Of a stretch of DNA of 64,000 nucleotides, positions 12,271-25,923 are shown one piece after another (the first letter of the stretch is position 1; every line of letters begins with the position of its first letter). The stretch lies in the NCBI GenBank assembly GCA_030390025.1, contig CM059431.1, positions 105,650,001 to 105,714,000 on the forward strand, written 5' to 3'. Origin of the DNA: Squalus acanthias (taxonomy: Eukaryota). The notes beneath the pieces are model-generated. The model was not told the origin of the DNA. It searched no databases and was given only the letters and a program-made list of their open reading frames with translations. A program made the translations under genes and the position numbers.

Positions 12271-13221
12271 CCACAGTACATGGGACGGTAAAGTGCCGAG
12301 TCTGGCAGTACATGTGGGTGGAAAATCACGGTCTCTGCAGGTCCAATTTGCCAATATCCACTCCGGGCAGGAGTGTACAAGTGGAAGGTTTACCCTATAG
12401 TTAATTTTGACTCGATAGTGTGCGGGAGATAGCCGATCGGCAGCCCAATTTGCATCTCTCCCGATTGTGGAAATAAAAATAACCTGTTTTGTAGCATCAC
12501 AGAGAGTCTAATTTACCCTCGCTGTCTTTTCTTGTCCCTGCTTTCTAATATGAAGTCCCCGCTTGCGCCTGCTCGCATATCACGTTCTCATCGCTAAATA
12601 TTGAATAAATGATCATACTCGTATGCACATCTCCCATCTCCAACCGTGACAAGTGATGGAAAAGTGTTGCTGATAAGATGTTACGAAGAGCAATTTTTCT
12701 TTAATTGGTGTTCCATATTCAATTACATTTTTTTTTAAATAACGTGGAAGTAATTTTCCTCTAAAATGATAACATTGGCCCAACTCTATCGACGTTGCAA
12801 AGGTCAGGTCACCTTCCTGACCCAGATCCACATTCATTCATACTCAATCGCTCATGTTGACAGGTTGCATAGCGTCAGAATTAAATGTTACTTGGCTAGG
12901 TTTTAAATACTATTCAAATCTAATCAAACAAAGGGATTATTGAAAGGGTTTTGAATATTTAACAGAACAAGAATTCTAAGGTTATGTTTTACATTTGCAG
13001 AAACAGTACAATGATGTAAATGTCACGCATGCAACTGCCTGAGGAACTGGTGTAGCATTTTAATTCACATTTATCACTGTGGCTCTCGGTACTTTTTTTT
13101 TAATATATACCAAGCAAACTCTTCCAGCTTTTTTCTGAAGCGAAACCATTACATTATTAAAATCACTGCAAAGTAAATGTTCTTTTTACTTTTTCATATA
13201 GGCAGAGTTATCTTTTATTTT

Positions 13222-13685
13222 GGTGGCTCAGTGGGTAGCACACTCACCTCTGAGTCAGGTCCCACTCTAGGGACTGGAGCACAAAAATCGAGGCTGACAC
13301 TCCAGGTGCAGTGCTGAGGGAGTGCTGCACTGTCTGAGGTGCCGTCTTTCGGATGAGATGTTAAACCAAGGCCCTGGCTGCTCTCTCAGGTGGACATAAA
13401 AGATCCCATGGCACTATTTTGAAGAAGAGCAGGGGGGGGGGGGGGGAGTTCTCCCCGGTGTCCTGGGGCAAATATGTATCCCTCAATCAACATCACAAAA
13501 AAAACCAGATGATCTGGTCATTATCACATTGCTGTTTCTGGGAGCTTGCTGTGCGCAAATTTCCTGCCACGTTTCCTACATTACAACAGTGACTACACTT
13601 CAAAAGTGCTTCACTGGCTGTAAAGCGCTTTGGGATGTCCTGAGGTTGTGAAAGGCGCTATAGAAATGCAAGTTTTTCTTTCTTT
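13222..13685 (+). mobile_element. DeuSINE-type SINE
   Basis: Collinear with 2829..3300; internal poly-G run. Confidence 0.88.
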
Positions 13686-14184
13686 TATCTTTTTTTAAGT
13701 TACGATTCAGATCACTAAGATACCAGTTTCAGTAGCATGGTGGTTATATTAACATACTAGTAATCCAGTAGGCCTGGACTAATGATCCAGAGACATGAGT
13801 TCAAATCCCACCATGGCAGCTGGGGAATTTAAATTCAGTTAATTAAATAAATCTGGAATAAAAAAAGCTAGTATCAGTAATGGTGACCATGAAACTATCG
13901 GATTGTCGTAAAAACACATCTGGTTCACTAATGTCCTTTAGGGAAGGAAATCTGCCGTCCTTACCTGGTCTGGTCTATATGTGACTCCAGACCCACAGCA
14001 ATGTGGTTGACTCTTAACTGCCCCTCTGAAATGGCCTAGCAAGCCACTCAGTTGTAACAAACCGCTACGAAACACAATAATAAGAATAAAACCGGACGGA
14101 CCACCCGGCATCGACCTTGGCACCGGCTACGGACACGGCAACGGCACACCCAGTCCAGTCCTCCTCACCAACATCTGGGAACTT

Positions 14185-15706
14185 GTGCCAAAATTGGGAG
14201 AGCTGTCCCACAGACTAGTCAAGCAACAGCCTAACATAGTCATACTCACAGAATCATACCTTTCAGCCAATGTCCCAAACTCCTCCATCACCATCCCTGG
14301 GTATGTCCTGTCCCACCGTGGGGAAGGAGTGGCCCTGGGAGTCCTCAACATGGACTCCGGACACCATGAAGTCTCATGGCTTCAGGTCAAGCATGGGCAA
14401 GGAAACCTCCTGCTGATTACCACCTACCGCCCTCCCTCAGCTGATGAATCAGTACTCCTGTATGTTGAACACCACTTGGAAGAAGCACTGAGAGTAGCAA
14501 GGGCACAGAATGTACTCTGGGTGGGGGACTTCAATGTCCATCACCAAGAGTGGCTCGGTAGCACCACTACTGACCGAGCTGGCCAAATCCTGAAGGATAT
14601 ACCTGCCAGTCTGAGCCTGCGACAGGTGGTGAGAGAAACAACACAAGGGAAAAACCTACTTGACCTCGTCATCACCAATCTACCTGTCGCAGATGCATCT
14701 GTCCATGACAGTATTGGTAGCAGTGACCACCGCACAGTCATTGTGGAGACGAAGTCCCATCTTCACACTGAGGATGCCCTCCATTGTGTTGTGTGGCACT
14801 ACCACCGTGCTAAATGGGATAGATTCAGAACAGATCTAGCAGCTCAAAATTGGGCATCCATGAGGCACTGTGGGCCATCAGCAGCAGCAGAATTGTATTC
14901 CACCACAATCTGTAACCTCATGGCTCAGCTTATCCCTCACTCTACCATTACCATCAAGCCAGGGGACCAACACTGGTTCAATAAGGAGTGTAGAAGAGCA
15001 TGCCAGGAGCAGCACCAGATGTACCTAAAAATGAGGTGCCAACCTGGGGAAGGTGCAACACAGGACTACATGCATGCTAAAAAGTGGAAGCAGCATGCTA
15101 TAGACAGGGCTAAGCGATCCCACAATCAATGGATCAGATCAAAGCTCTGCAGTCCTGCCACATCCAGTCACGAATGGTGGTGGACCATTAAAAAACTAAC
15201 TGGAGGAGGGGGCTCCATGAACATCCCTATCCTCAATGATGGTGGAGCCCATACGTGAGTGCAAAAGATGAGGCTGAAGCATTTGCAACTATCTCCAGAC
15301 AGAAGTGCCGAGTGGATGATTCATATCGGCCTCCTCCTGAGGTCCCTACTACCACAGAAGCCAGTCTTCAGTCAATTCGAATCACTCCACGTGATATCAA
15401 GCAACGGCCAAGCGCACTGGATACAGCAAAGTCTATGGGCCCCATAAACATCCTGGCTGTCGTGCGGAAGACTTGTGCTCCAGAACTAGCCACGCATCTA
15501 GCCAAGCTGTTCCAGTACAGCTTCAATAATAGCATCTACCCGACAATGTGGAAAATTGCCAGGGTATGTCCTGTCCACAAAAAGCAGGACAAATTCAACC
15601 CGGCCAATTACCGCCTTATCAGTCTACCCTCAATTATCAGCAAAGTGATGGAAGGTGTCTTCGACAGTGCTATCAAGTGGCACTTACTCACCAATAACCT
15701 GCTCAC
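14185..15706 (+). pseudogene. APE endonuclease and RT N-terminus of the tRNA-headed LINE (frameshift near 15255)
   Basis: ORFs 14185..15258 and 15255..15731. Confidence 0.88.
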
Positions 15707-16088
15707 AAGTGCAGCTCGGAACAGAGTGTAAAGCTGCGAGTTTGGTGAGTGAGGGAGTTCGGGGAGGGTGGTGTTCCTTTCTTTTTCTATCTTTGTCAGC
15801 TTCCAGGAGAGCAGGAGTTAAAAAGCTGCACAAGAGGGGACAGAGAACCAGCGGGAGTTCAGCTCTGTGACACCCCCCAACCGCATTTGGAGAGAAATAA
15901 AAGGTGACATCACAGGGAAAAGGGTAAGTGATTGGTTGGTGACTATTTTGCTCACTTCCCTTATATTTTAAAGCCCAGGAAATTTATTAGTAATTGTAAG
16001 GTTTCATTAGTACTAGTTTACTAGCAGTAATAAATCTTATTAGGTGTAGTAGGGTTAATAAAAATAAATTAATTAAGAATCAATAAAG

Positions 16089-17024
16089 GTGGCAGGGCAG
16101 GTGATGTGTTGCGACTGCAGTATGTGGGAGCTCCCGGACGCCAGTGTGATCCAGGACGAACACGTCTGCGGCTTGAGGAGCTTCGGCTCAGAGTTGATGA
16201 GCTGGAGGCCGAGCTGCGGACACTGCGATGCATCAGGGAGGGGGAAAGTTACCTGGACACTTTATTCCAGGAGGCAGTCACACCCCTTAGGATAGGGTCT
16301 TCAGATTTGGTCAGTGGTCAGGGACAGGAGGATGTGACTGCGAGTGAGGCAGGTATGGGGACCCAGGAGGTGGAGGAGCCTCAGCCTTTGCAATTGTCCA
16401 ACAGGTTTGAGGTTCTTGTGGCCTGTATGGACGAAAGTGGTGGCTGCAGGGTGGATGAGCAAACTGACCATGGCACCGAGGTACAGGAAGCCATTCAAGC
16501 GGGGGGAGTTAATAGGAATGTAGTGGTAATTGGGGACAGCATAGTCAGGGGGATAGATACAGTTCTCTGCGGCCAAGAGCGAGAGTCCAGACGGCTGTGT
16601 TGCCTGCCCGGTGCCAGGGTTTGGGACCTGCTCTGGGCTGGAGAGGAACTTGTAGTGGGAGGGGAAGGAGCCAGTGGTCGTGGTCCATGTAGGTACCAAC
16701 GACATAGGTAGAACTAGGAAAGAGTTTCTGCTAAGAGAGTATGAGCAGCTAGGGGCTAAATTAAAAAGCAGAACCTCAAGGGCAATAATGTCTGCATTAT
16801 TACCTGAGCCACGAGCAAATTGGCATAGGGTAAATAAAATTAGAGAGATGAATGCGTGGCTCAAAGACTGGTGCGGGAGAAATGGGTTTCAATTCCTGGG
16901 GCACTGGTACCGGTACTGGGGAAAGTGGGATCTGTATCGTTGGGACGGTCTTCACCTGAACCGTGCTGGGACCAGTGTTCTAGCGAGTCGTATAACTAGG
17001 GCGGTAGAGAGGGCTTTAAACTAA
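16089..17024 (+). pseudogene. CR1 ORF1 (Cys-rich/leucine zipper plus SGNH esterase), frameshifted
   Basis: CCDCSMWE, LEELRLRVDELEAEL, VVIGDSIVRG, CLPGA, HVGTND, DGLHLN. Confidence 0.93.
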
Positions 17025-17204
17025 ATATTGGGGGCATGGGATCAAATTTGGGAAGATGTGCTAATTCTAAGATTAGAGACAAGGCAATAGAGAAAGGTAT
17101 TAATATGGGAAATGATAAACAGACCGTGACAGGAAGGGATAGATAGTACAAATCTAAGAGTAAATCAACAGATAAGGCGAGAGGTTAAAAAAATAATAAA
17201 AGGA

Positions 17205-19995
17205 CAAAACTAAAGGCTCTGCATCTGAATGCACGTAGCATTCGAAACAAAACAGATGAACTGAAAGCGCAAATAGAAATAAATAAATATGATCTGATAG
17301 CCATTACAGAAACATGGCTGCAGGGTGACATAGATTGGGACCTGAATATTGAAGGGTACATGACATTTAGGAAGGACAGGAAGGTGGGAAAAGGTGGAGG
17401 GGTGGCTCTGTTATTTAATGATGGTATTAGCACAATAGAGAGGGATGACCTAAGTTCAGGAAACCAGGATATAGAAGCGGTTTGGGTAGAGATGAGAAAT
17501 AATAAAGGCAAGAAGTCACCTGTGGGAGTGGTGTACAGGCCCCCTAACAGTAACCACATGGTAGGATGGAGTATAAAGGAAGAAATAATGGGAGCTTGTC
17601 AGAAGGGTACGGCAATAATCACGGGGGAATTTTAATCTGCATATAGACTGGAAAAATCAGATGGGCAAAGGTAGCATAGATCAGGAGTTCATAGAATGTT
17701 TTTGGGATAGTTCCTTACAACAGCACGTTCTGGAGCCAACCAGAGAGCAGGCTATATTAGACCTGGTATTGTGCAACGAGATAGGATTAATTAATGACCT
17801 CATAGTGAAGGCGCCCCTAGGTAGCAGCGATCATAATATGATTGAATTTTACATTCAGTTTGAGAGAGAGAAGAGTGGGTCCAAGACTAGTATTTTAAAC
17901 TTAAATAAAAGCAATTATGAGGGTATGAAAGCAGAGCTAGCTAAAGTGAACTGGCAAATTAGGTTAAAGGATAGGTCAATAGAGTTTTAGTGGCAGGCAT
18001 TTAAGGGGATATTTCAAAATACACAGAATATATACATTCCAACAAGAAAGAAAAATTCCAAGGGGAGGACCCACCATCCGTGGTTAACTAAAAAAGTTAA
18101 AGATAGTATTAAACTTAAAGAAAAAGCATATAATTGTGCAAAGATGGGTGGCAGGTCAGAAGATTGGACAGAATATAAAAAACAGCAAAGAATGACTAAA
18201 AGATTAATAAGGAGAGAAAAATTAGAGTACGAGAGAAAGCTAGCTAGAAATATAAAAACAGATAGTAAGAGTTTCTATAGATATTTTAAAAAGGAAAGAG
18301 TTAACAAAGTGAGCGTTGGTCCTATAAAAAGTGAGTCTGGGGAATTAATAATGGAAAATAAGGAGATGGCAGTTGAATTGAACAGGTATTTTGCATCGGT
18401 CTTCACTATAGAGGATACAAGTAACATCCCAGAAATAGCTGTAAATCAGGAAATGGAAGGGAGGGAGGAACTCAAGAAAATTATAATCACCAGGGAAGTG
18501 GTACTGAGCAAATTGTTGGAGCTGCGGGCTGACAAGTCCTCGGGTCTTGATGGACTTCATCCTAGGGTCTTAAAAGAAGTGGCTAGTGAGATAGTTGATG
18601 CGTTGGTTTTAATTTTCCAAAATTCCCTAGATTCGGTGAAGGTTCCATTAGATTTGAAAATAGCGAATGTAACTCCTTTATTCAAAAAAGGAGGGAGACA
18701 GAAAGCAGGAAACTACAGGCCAGTTAGCTTAACATCTGTCATAGGGAAGATGTTAGAAGCTATTATTAAAGACGTTATAGCAGGGCACTTAGAAAAGTTC
18801 AAAGTAATCAGGCAGAGTCAACATGGTTTTGTGCAAGGGAAATCATGTTTAACCAATTTATTGGAGTTCTTTGAGGAAGTAACATGTGCTGTGGAACTGG
18901 TGGATGTACTGTACTTAGATTTCCAGAAGGCATTTGATAAGGTGCCACATCAAAGGTTATTGCGGAAAATAAAAGCTCATGGGGTAGGGGATAATATATT
19001 GGCATGGATAGAAGATTGGCTAGCTAACAGGAAACAGAGAGTAGGCATAAATGGGTCATTTTCTGATTGGCAGGATGTGATGAGTGGTGTGCCACAGGGA
19101 TCAGTGCTGGGGCCTCAACTTTTGACAATTTATATAAATGACTTGGATGAAGGGACTGAAGGTATGGTTGCTAAATTTGCTGATGACACAAAGATAGGTA
19201 GGAAAGTAAATTGTGAAGAGGACATAAGGAGGCTACAAAGGGATATAGATAGGTTAAGTGAGTGGGCAAAGATCTGGCAAATGGAGTATAATGTGGGAAA
19301 ATGTGAAGTTGTCCATTTTGTCAGGAAGAATAAAAAAGAAGCATATTATCTAAATGGTGAGAGATTGCAGAGCTCTGAGATGCAGAGGGATCTGGGTGTC
19401 CTAGTGCATGAATCGCAAAAGGTTACTATGCAGGTACAGCAACTAATTAGGAAAGCTAATAGAATGTTATCGTTTATTGCGAGGGGAATTGAATAAAAAA
19501 GTAGGGAGGTTATGCTTCAGTTATACAGGACATTGGTGAGACCACATCTGGAGTACTGTGTACAGTATTGGTCTCCTTATTTAAGGAAGGATGTAAATGC
19601 GTTGGAAGCAGTTCAGAGAAGGTTTACTAGACTAATACCTGGAATGGGCGGGTTGTCTTATGAGGAAAGGTTGGACAGGCTGGGCTTGTATCCGCTGGAG
19701 TTTAGAAGAGTAAGAGGTGACTTGATTGAAATATGTAAGATCCTGAGGGGTCTGGACAGGGTGGATGTGGAGAGGATGTTTCCTCTTGTGGGAGAATCTA
19801 GAACTAGGGGTCACTGTTTAAAAATAAGGGGTCACCCATTTAAGACAGAGATGAGGAGAAATTTTTTCTCAGAGGGTCGTGAGTCTTTGGAACTCTCTTC
19901 CTCAGAGGGCGGTGGAAGCAGAGTCTTTGAATATTTTTAAGGCAGAGGTAGATAGATTCTTGGTAAGCAAGGGGGTAAAAAGTTATCGGGGGTAG
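17205..19995 (+). pseudogene. CR1 ORF2 (APE endonuclease + reverse transcriptase), with stops and frameshifts
   Basis: ORFs 17360..17635, 17661..17990, 18144..19496 ([15 protein letters not shown]), 19512..19940. Confidence 0.95.
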
Positions 19996-20100
19996 GCGGG
20001 AATGTGGAGTAATCGGATCAGCCATGATCTTATTGAATGGCGGAGCAGGCTCGAAGGGCTGAGTGGCTTACTCCTGCTCCTAATTCGTATGTTCGTATGT

Positions 20101-21250
20101 TCACCGATGCTCAGGTTGGGTTCTGCCAGGACCACTCAGCTCCAGACCGCATTACAGCCTTGGTTCAAACATGGACAAAAGAACTGAATTCCAGAAGTGA
20201 GGTGAGACCGACTGCCCTTAACATCAAGGCAGCATTTGACCGAGTGTGGCATCAAGGAGCCCTAGTAAAATTGAAGTCAATGGAAATCAGGGGGAAAACT
20301 CTTCACTGGCTGTTGTTATAAGTAACACAAAGGAAGATGGTTGTGGTTGTTGGAGGCCAATCATCTCAGCCCCAGGAAATCACTGCAGGAGTTCCTCAGG
20401 GCAGTGTCCTCAACCCAACCATCTTCAGCTGCTTCATCAATGATTTTCCATCAATCATATTTTCAGAAGTGGGGGATAATTGATGATGATTGCACAATGT
20501 TCAGTTCCATTCACAAATCCTCAGATAATGAAGGAGTCCGTGACCTCATGCAGCAAGACCTGGACGACATTCAGGCTTGGGCTGATAAGTGGCAAGTAAC
20601 ATTCGCGCCACACAAGTGCCAGGCAATGACTATCTCCAACAAGCGAGAGTCTAACCACCGCCCCTTGACATTCAACGGCATTACCATCACTGAATCCCCC
20701 ACCATCAACATCCTGGGGGTCACCATTGACCAAAAATTTAACTGGACCAGCCACATAAATATTGTGGCTACAACAGCAGGTCAGAGACTGAGTATTCTAC
20801 ATCCAGTGTCTCATCTCCTGATTCCCCAAAGCCTTTCCACCATCTACAAGGCACAAGTCAGGAGTGTGATGGAATACTCTCCACTTGCCTGGATGAGTGC
20901 AGCTCCAACAATGCTCAAGAAGCTCGACACCATCCAGGACAAAACTACCCGCTTGCTAAGCACCCCATCGACCACCTTAAACATTCACCCCCTCCACCAC
21001 CGGCGCACCCTGTGTCTGCAGTGTGTACCATCTACAAGATGCACTGCAGCAACTCGCCAAAGCTTCGCCGATAGCACCTCCCAAACCCGTGACCTCTAAC
21101 ACTTAGAAGGACAAGGGCAGCAGGCGCATGGGAACACCATCACCTCCAAGTTCCCCTCCAAGTCACACACTATCCTGACTTGGAAGTATATCGCCCATCC
21201 TTCATCGTTGCTGGGTCAAAATCCTGGAACTCTCTCCCTAACAGCACTGT
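20101..21250 (+). pseudogene. RT C-terminal half of the tRNA-headed LINE
   Basis: ALNIKAAFDRVWHQG, IIDDDCT, INILGVTID, IYKAQVRSVMEY. Confidence 0.85.
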
Positions 21251-22350
21251 GGGAGTACCTTCACCACACGGACTGCAGCGGTTCAAGAGGGCGGCTCACC
21301 ACCACCTTCTCAAGGGTAATTAGGGATGGGCAATAAATGCTGGCCTTGCCAGCGACGCTCACATCCCAGGAATTAATTTTAAAAATATCAGTTTCACCAA
21401 AATGCATTTCTACTTTCCTGACATAGAAAAGTGAGAGTTTTGCAAACATCCTTTTAATGGAACTTTCACCATTAATTTCTTATCAGGCTCTACTAATTCT
21501 TCTGTCACGTCTGATAGACATGATTTATGTCAGCCTTTTAGTCCCCTTGTTAAACTGCTTTCTAGGACAGCGGTGTTTTCCATTTGTCTGCTTCTTTGAT
21601 TAAATTGGGCATCATTTCACCATTTGTGACTTTGTGTCGCTTACTGTTGACAGCCTTTGATAATGGGGACAGACCAGTGTCCTTGTGGAAGTGCTGAATC
21701 CATTGATTGGCTGGGTTGCATAATCCAGTCCCTTGGAATGAAGAGCGGAGTTAGCATTGTGCAGTTGAAAGAGAGCCAGCAAAAATCTTACTGAATGCAA
21801 GTAACAAACCACAACTGCTATCCACTGACAAAGTCACTTCTCGTCAAACAAAGAATAGTTAAGAAAATATGTTTGGGTTGCCATTCCTACTTATTCTGGA
21901 GACATTGATGAAATATATTGTAAGGAGGTGCTGACTTGACTCTTGGCAAAGGATCTGGCATGGAGATCTGCAATCTGAAGACATCTGATATGCCCTCCAG
22001 ATAAAATGAGTTACTCTTAGCAAGTGCATGGGCTGGCAACAATGTCTAATAAATGGACCAGTTCCAATAAAAGTGAACTCTTATTGAAAAGGTCAGAATG
22101 TTACTCAAGTGCCCTAATCAAAGAGCCTTTAATCCCCCTCTAAGCTCGTTGACTTTGTTGAAGAGACTTCAGAACATCATTGTTACTTTTAATAGTGATA
22201 AGCTACTGACACATGAGCCATTGACAGTGAATGGAATATATAACAACCTTTCCATCCTTTCTATCCTGAATCTTACTCCCAGTACTCAAGCTATTAAATA
22301 AAATTTACAGCACAGAAACAGACCCTTTTGGCCCAACTAGTCTATGCTGG

Positions 22351-22500
22351 TAATAAAAACAGAAAATGCTGGAAATACGCAGCAGGTCAGGCAGCATCTG
22401 TGGAGAGAGAAACAGAGTTAACGTTTCAGGTCGATGACCCTTCGTCAGAACTGGAAAAAGTTGGAGATGGAACAGGTTTTTAAGCAAGTGTAGGGGCAGG
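22351..22500 (-). mobile_element. Penelope-type terminal repeat fragment with hammerhead motif
   Basis: Same repeat as at 27275, 28100, 33340 and 47650; contains CTGACGA..GAAA on the minus strand. Confidence 0.75.
22416..22452 (-). ncRNA. Minimal type I hammerhead ribozyme motif
   Basis: AGTT-CTGACGA-A-GGGTC-ATC-GACCT-GAAA-CGT-T-AACT: stem I 4 bp, stem II 5 bp, intact core. Confidence 0.75.
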
Positions 22501-22870
22501 TGGTTTATGCTCCATATGAGCCTCCTCCCACCCTACTTCATCTCACCCTATCAGCATAACCTTCTACTCCTTTCTCACTCACGTGTTTATCTAGCTTCCC
22601 CTTAAATTCATGAATGCTATTCGCCTCGACTACTCCCTGTGGTAGCGAGTCCCACGTTCTAACCACTCTGTGGGTAAAGAAGTTCCTCTCGAATTCCTCA
22701 TTGGATTTATTAGTAACTCGCTTATATTTGTGACCTCTGGTTTTGAACTCCACCAGAAGTTGAAACACCTTCTCTACGTCTAACCTATCAAAATCTTTCA
22801 TAATTTTAACTACCTCTGTTAGGTCACCCCTCAGCCCTTTCTTTTTCTAAAGAAAAGAGCCGCAACCTGT

Positions 22871-23765
22871 TATTAGAAATTAGCGGTGCCTAAAAATGTA
22901 TATGGCTACACGAATAATACTGTGTTGAAATGGTTGTATGTTTCAGCTCGAGACAAGTAAGAGGATTGCATAAGTTTTGCTTTAATCAGTTAGATTAGGT
23001 GAGGCATAAACATTCCACACGGGGGCCCATAGGATGGCCCTGCCAGGCTAGTTATCTGTTGTTTGTAAGTTAGGGTTTTGACTTTGTTAATGTATCTTTA
23101 ATTTGGCCAGTGAAGGCCCAACCTATGTTTCTTCCATTATTACTAATAACCATATTATAATCTCTACAGATAGAATTTGGAGTTTGTTTAGCAGAACTGC
23201 TTGCGAAGATAATTAAAAGTTAATTAGGAAAAGACATAGAATGAAATGAATTTGAACAGGCTAAGGTATCCATCTTAGAATGGGCCATTTTCTAGATTTG
23301 CTAGATGAAGGTGAGATAGCGACTGGCTAACGTGCGACAGCTCTGGCTGGGGCCATGATTAAGAGGGACAGGGTCGGGCCTTGTACTTGCTGGGTCAAGG
23401 AGGGTAGAGTCAAGAGAGATAAGACACGAATTCCAAAGGAAGAACCTTCAGAAAGATTAAACAATAAGACAAATTGGATGAAGTAATGAGACCCCTTTTG
23501 GGGAGGGGGGCTTTCATCCAAGAACCAAGACAAAAGACTCGAGGTGTCATTGGGTGATGAGGTTTTAGAGGAACCTCTATAGATTAAATGGTCTTGTCAA
23601 TAACTTGGCCTCAGGCCCACCCCTAAAAAGAGAATAAAAAAGTGACACCCCAAGTGCTTATCGACACAGACGGTGGAGGGGAGAGCCGAGCAGAAGTTGC
23701 AAAGAGAAGTTGGGCTGGTCGAATGCTCTTTTGAGAGTGATCCCATGCTCACCATCGGAGGTTCT

Positions 23766-23798
<33 letters not shown>

Positions 23799-24002
23799 CC
23801 GGAAGCCAGGGATCTGTTCGCGCATGCCAACCGTCTGTCCAATTGGGTCCGGTACCAGCTACTTGTCATTTGTCATTTGATCGTATGTTTTTGCTGTATT
23901 ACTGGTGTGTTATATTCCATCCTAAACTCCGATTAAACACAATATACCCACCATATTGGTTTGTGCTCGATCCTGTTTACCAGAGATACGCGAATCTCTA
24001 CA
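22871..24002 (+). mobile_element. Solo LTR (1132 bp)
   Basis: TA(TG-derived)...CA ends, exact TSD CTGT (22867..22870, 24003..24006) inside CR1; ATTAAA near 23932; internal (GA)n at about 23769..23796. Confidence 0.82.
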
Positions 24003-25923
24003 CTGTTCAGTCTTTTCTGAAAGTTAGAACCTCAGTTCTGGTATCATCCTTGTAAATATATTTGCATCTTCTCCAGTGCCTCTATATCCGTTTTGTAATA
24101 TGGAGAGCAGAACTGTGCACAGTACTCCAAGTGTGGTCTAACCAAGATTTTATATAAGTTTAACATAACTATGTGGATGTTAAAAGTGTAACAACGTGTT
24201 TTCCTCTGTAGACCTATTTCAAGATCTCATACTTGGGCCAAGATTGCAGTTACTAAATAGCCACTATTTAACCTCTTCCTTTCAATAGTGCCAACACTAA
24301 TTTTGACAAACCCAAGGGAAATACTTTGCAAATGTTGTCTGGAGGAATAACTGAATCCTATAGAAAATTAATTTATCAAAAAATGTAAAGTTGTAAATTC
24401 AATATCTCGAGAGACGCTCACTAACGTATTGTTTGATTTCTATTTATCTAAGCTATTTCTAACCCTTCTGATGCCACACTACACATCTAAAGAAGAAGTG
24501 TAGAAAACACATGGAACAAAAATATATTCCCCTAAAACCTGATTGCGGAACTCTCAAGGAACAGAGCCATAGGCAATTGTATCACCATGGGATATTTTCT
24601 GTGCTCTTACGGTCACCTGTTTATATTTTGGAAGTCAAAGCTTTTGTCACTTTTAAAATTTCTATTTGGTAATCAACAGCTCTATAAAAGGAGCGATATT
24701 TGAAATTGATAACATGTTAATCCATTTCTGGGTATCATATAGTACTGCATGCTATCACATTTAGTGGATATCAGTTCATAGGTTACTTGTTTATAGAGTA
24801 GGAATGTACAATTTAAGATCAAGATTGTCGCTGCACAGCATTTATTTCATGATTATGTCATAAAATCACGACAATAGTTTCGACATACCTTTTAAAATTC
24901 GGTGATATATTGCTTTTTCAGTCATATAATTCTCCAATAAGATCAGGCTTCACTTCAAAAACAAATTGGTTCTGTTCAGGTAGGATACTCGACTCCTCAA
25001 AAATACCTCTCTTGGAGGAAGTAGCACTTTACTAAGAAACCCTATTCGCTCCACAAGGAGCCAAGAACTAGTGACATTTAAGTGGCTACATAACAATGAT
25101 AAATATATGTTTATCATTGTCAATGCATTTTTTGCACTCAAATAAACTAATGTTATGACTGCAGCTATTCATGGGACTGCACTCAGCTTTACATAGTGAT
25201 GCTTTCTGTAATTCTGACAATATATTCCAGTGTGAACATTTATGGTTATGTGACTGATAAAGAACAGCATCGTATAACATCTCCAATGATGCGTTGGCTA
25301 CAACCTTGCTGTAAATAATATATCACACTCATTTTAGTACCTTCATTTGAAACAGTGTTAGTGTGCATTGATTTATTGCAGAATGACTAGACTGCATTTC
25401 AAAATCTTACCTGCTGTTACCACCAACACACTCCACAACAGATCATCGTTAAAGAACATGAATGACCAGAATTTTGCTGGTACAATCACCTTCAATAATT
25501 TAAAGAGGGTGTTTGCACCGTGTCATGGTGTTCTTAGAACAGCCACAAATAGCTCACTCTGAAAATGTTATCCAAGGAGCACCATAGTATCTGTTATACA
25601 GGCCACAGCAGAATCCTCCACAAAATATACTTTACACCCGTATCTTAAGTTATTATTACCACTGCAGGGTAAACACAATGATGCCTCATCCTCAATGGAA
25701 ATTTGCGCTCAAGTGGAGCAAGTGTCAGAGAAAGGCTACAAGAGTGTGGCACCAATTCTAAGTGCTGGATCACTGAATTTATTCATGATAAAATCTAGAA
25801 AAATAAAATAGCTCATCCTAAATGGCCTGGACTTCCTTGCTTCCCATCTCTAACCCCTTCCCTCCAGCAGTTTCTCTCAGCTGCACATACAGATCTATTA
25901 CAAGATAACAAATACAGCATAAT

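Larger units (their letters stand above)
15707..20100 (+). mobile_element. Full-length CR1 LINE (about 4.4 kb), disrupted
   Basis: 5' UTR, ORF1, ORF2, 3' hairpin and TTCGTATG tail; TCAC duplicated at 15703..15706 / 20101..20104; the host LINE RT continues across it. Confidence 0.96.
13732..21381 (+). mobile_element. CR1-group (non-canonical) LINE with tRNA-derived 5' head and a single APE-RT ORF; interrupted by a full-length CR1
   Basis: A box TAGCATGGTGG 13733, B box GAGTTCAAATCC 13797; APE motifs ILTES, YRPPS, GDFNVHH, LLDLVITN, SDH; RT motifs NYRLISL, KAAFDRVWH, IDDD; 15-bp TSD 13717..13731 / 21382..21396 (13/15). Confidence 0.88.
22305..24170 (-). mobile_element. CR1 3' fragment split by a Penelope-type fragment and a solo LTR
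   Basis: ORF 22538..22801 (KTRGHKYK..NFFTHRVV); resumes at 24003 with RPHLEYC-coding sequence. Confidence 0.85.

Noticed and set aside
24884..24960. Minus-strand donor AAG|GTATGT with a short open frame
   Set aside because: In-frame stop just upstream and no convincing acceptor
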